Source: Octopus sinensis
Taxonomy: Eukaryota
Assembly: GCF_006345805.1 (NCBI RefSeq)
Contig: NW_021833873.1
Span: 1-53,745 of the forward strand
Length of the DNA stretch: 53,745 bases
Direction: 5' to 3'
The first letter of the stretch is position 1, and the number at the start of each line of letters is the position of its first letter. This document shows positions 52,850 to 53,745 of this stretch, piece after piece. The notes beneath the pieces were generated by a model. That model was not told the origin of the DNA. It did not search any database and worked only from the letters and a program-made list of their open reading frames with translations. The position numbers and the translations under genes are program-made.

Positions 52850-53745
52850 GCAGGTAAGGTACGACTGATCCCAACTTTCGCCTCTTTTACACAGAGGTTT
52901 CCTGCTCTGTTTCCAGCAAGAAAGTGTGCAACGGTTGTTCCCCTTTTTTCCAAATCTCTGGTGAAATTCCAACTCCTACTACCTTTTCCCTTTTCAGATG
53001 GGTTGAAGCATGGTACTCCCTTCTGTACTTGGAATTTCATCCAGCTTTTGTAGGATACGATGAATTATTAAGCTCATGCATCATATATATATTACTGAAG
53101 AGTCAGGAAATGCTCTGACCACTGATGTGGGGTGGACACCTTATGTATCTCTTTGCACTACATAAGGGACTCTGAACTTTGTTGGAAGAGCAATATACCA
53201 TATCTAAAATCTCATGAGACTCTTTGCATTCACCAGTGTCTTCACAAAACTATATTCTCTTCGTAAGGTTGGTCCGTTACACGCTTTGAAAACCACAAAA
53301 TCTACACTGAAGCTCGCTGCGCGCAAAGCAGAATGCTGCTTCCATAACACAAGAAAACTGAGCAAGGTATTTCTGTTGGGTGAAACTCATGCCAGATATT
53401 AACTCCTGGATCTCCAGGCTGTTTTCATTGAACCAGTCTTTGCTCGATCTCTCTAGAAAATTCTGGATCTTCTTCACAGGACTACAATATAGTGATTTTA
53501 AGTATTTCCAAAGCACTTCCGAAAGAGAAATCTGTAGGGAAGTTAGAGTTTACAAGCCTTGGCCGAAAATTTGGCTTTAAATCTTTGTCAGACTGCAGCT
53601 TCCCAACTTGAAATGTCTTCCATGAAATGCTTCCTTTCTTTGTCTTGTATTGGAATAAAGACTAAGTTTTGTAGCAGACAATACAGCTTCGCCACTCTCA
53701 GAATTAATCAGTTCTGTAAGACATCCAGACGTCTCTCTGACACAC
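52850..53745 (-). mobile_element. Ancient RTE LINE ORF2 fragment (between endonuclease and RT)
   Basis: DWFNENSLEIQELI, AAFCFARSELQCR, WSEHF and GISPEIWKKG echo RTE DWFDEN..EI, RWAEHF, IPAEIWK.G; many stops. Confidence 0.55.

Noticed and set aside
52847-53580. Non-repetitive ORFs near the window end as host exons
   Set aside because: All frames are short and stop-ridden; minus-strand pieces carry RTE ORF2 motifs.

Overview
Eukaryotic, AT-rich, repeat-saturated DNA. The SINE families and very dense (TA)n/(TG)n/(ATAC)n/(GATA)n/(AAT)n arrays point to an octopus/coleoid cephalopod genome (inference from recognised repeat families, not a search). I see no intact host gene, rRNA, true tRNA or CRISPR array. 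Most ORFs in the track are microsatellite artefacts or transposon remnants. Contents: a full-length (~5.9 kb) frameshifted Tx1-clade LINE flanked by (GATA)n; an ORF1-only Tx1-like element with an 18-bp TSD; two R4/Dong-type LINEs; six RTE fragments; a decayed Ty3/Gypsy; Penelope-like elements (RT+GIY-YIG) and pLTR pieces carrying minimal hammerhead-ribozyme relics; Tc1/mariner remnants; a non-autonomous Helitron; and four tRNA-derived SINE families. Best lead: the full-length Tx1, the ORF1-only element and the commonest SINE end in the same 3' motif (TGTTTAG[C/T]CC...TGT(G)GG...[A/G]T[A/C]A, a small hairpin), suggesting a three-member retrotransposition system. A few plus-strand micro-exon candidates and the uniform minus orientation of Tx1/RTE copies hint that the window is intronic. 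Boundaries of decayed elements are approximate.
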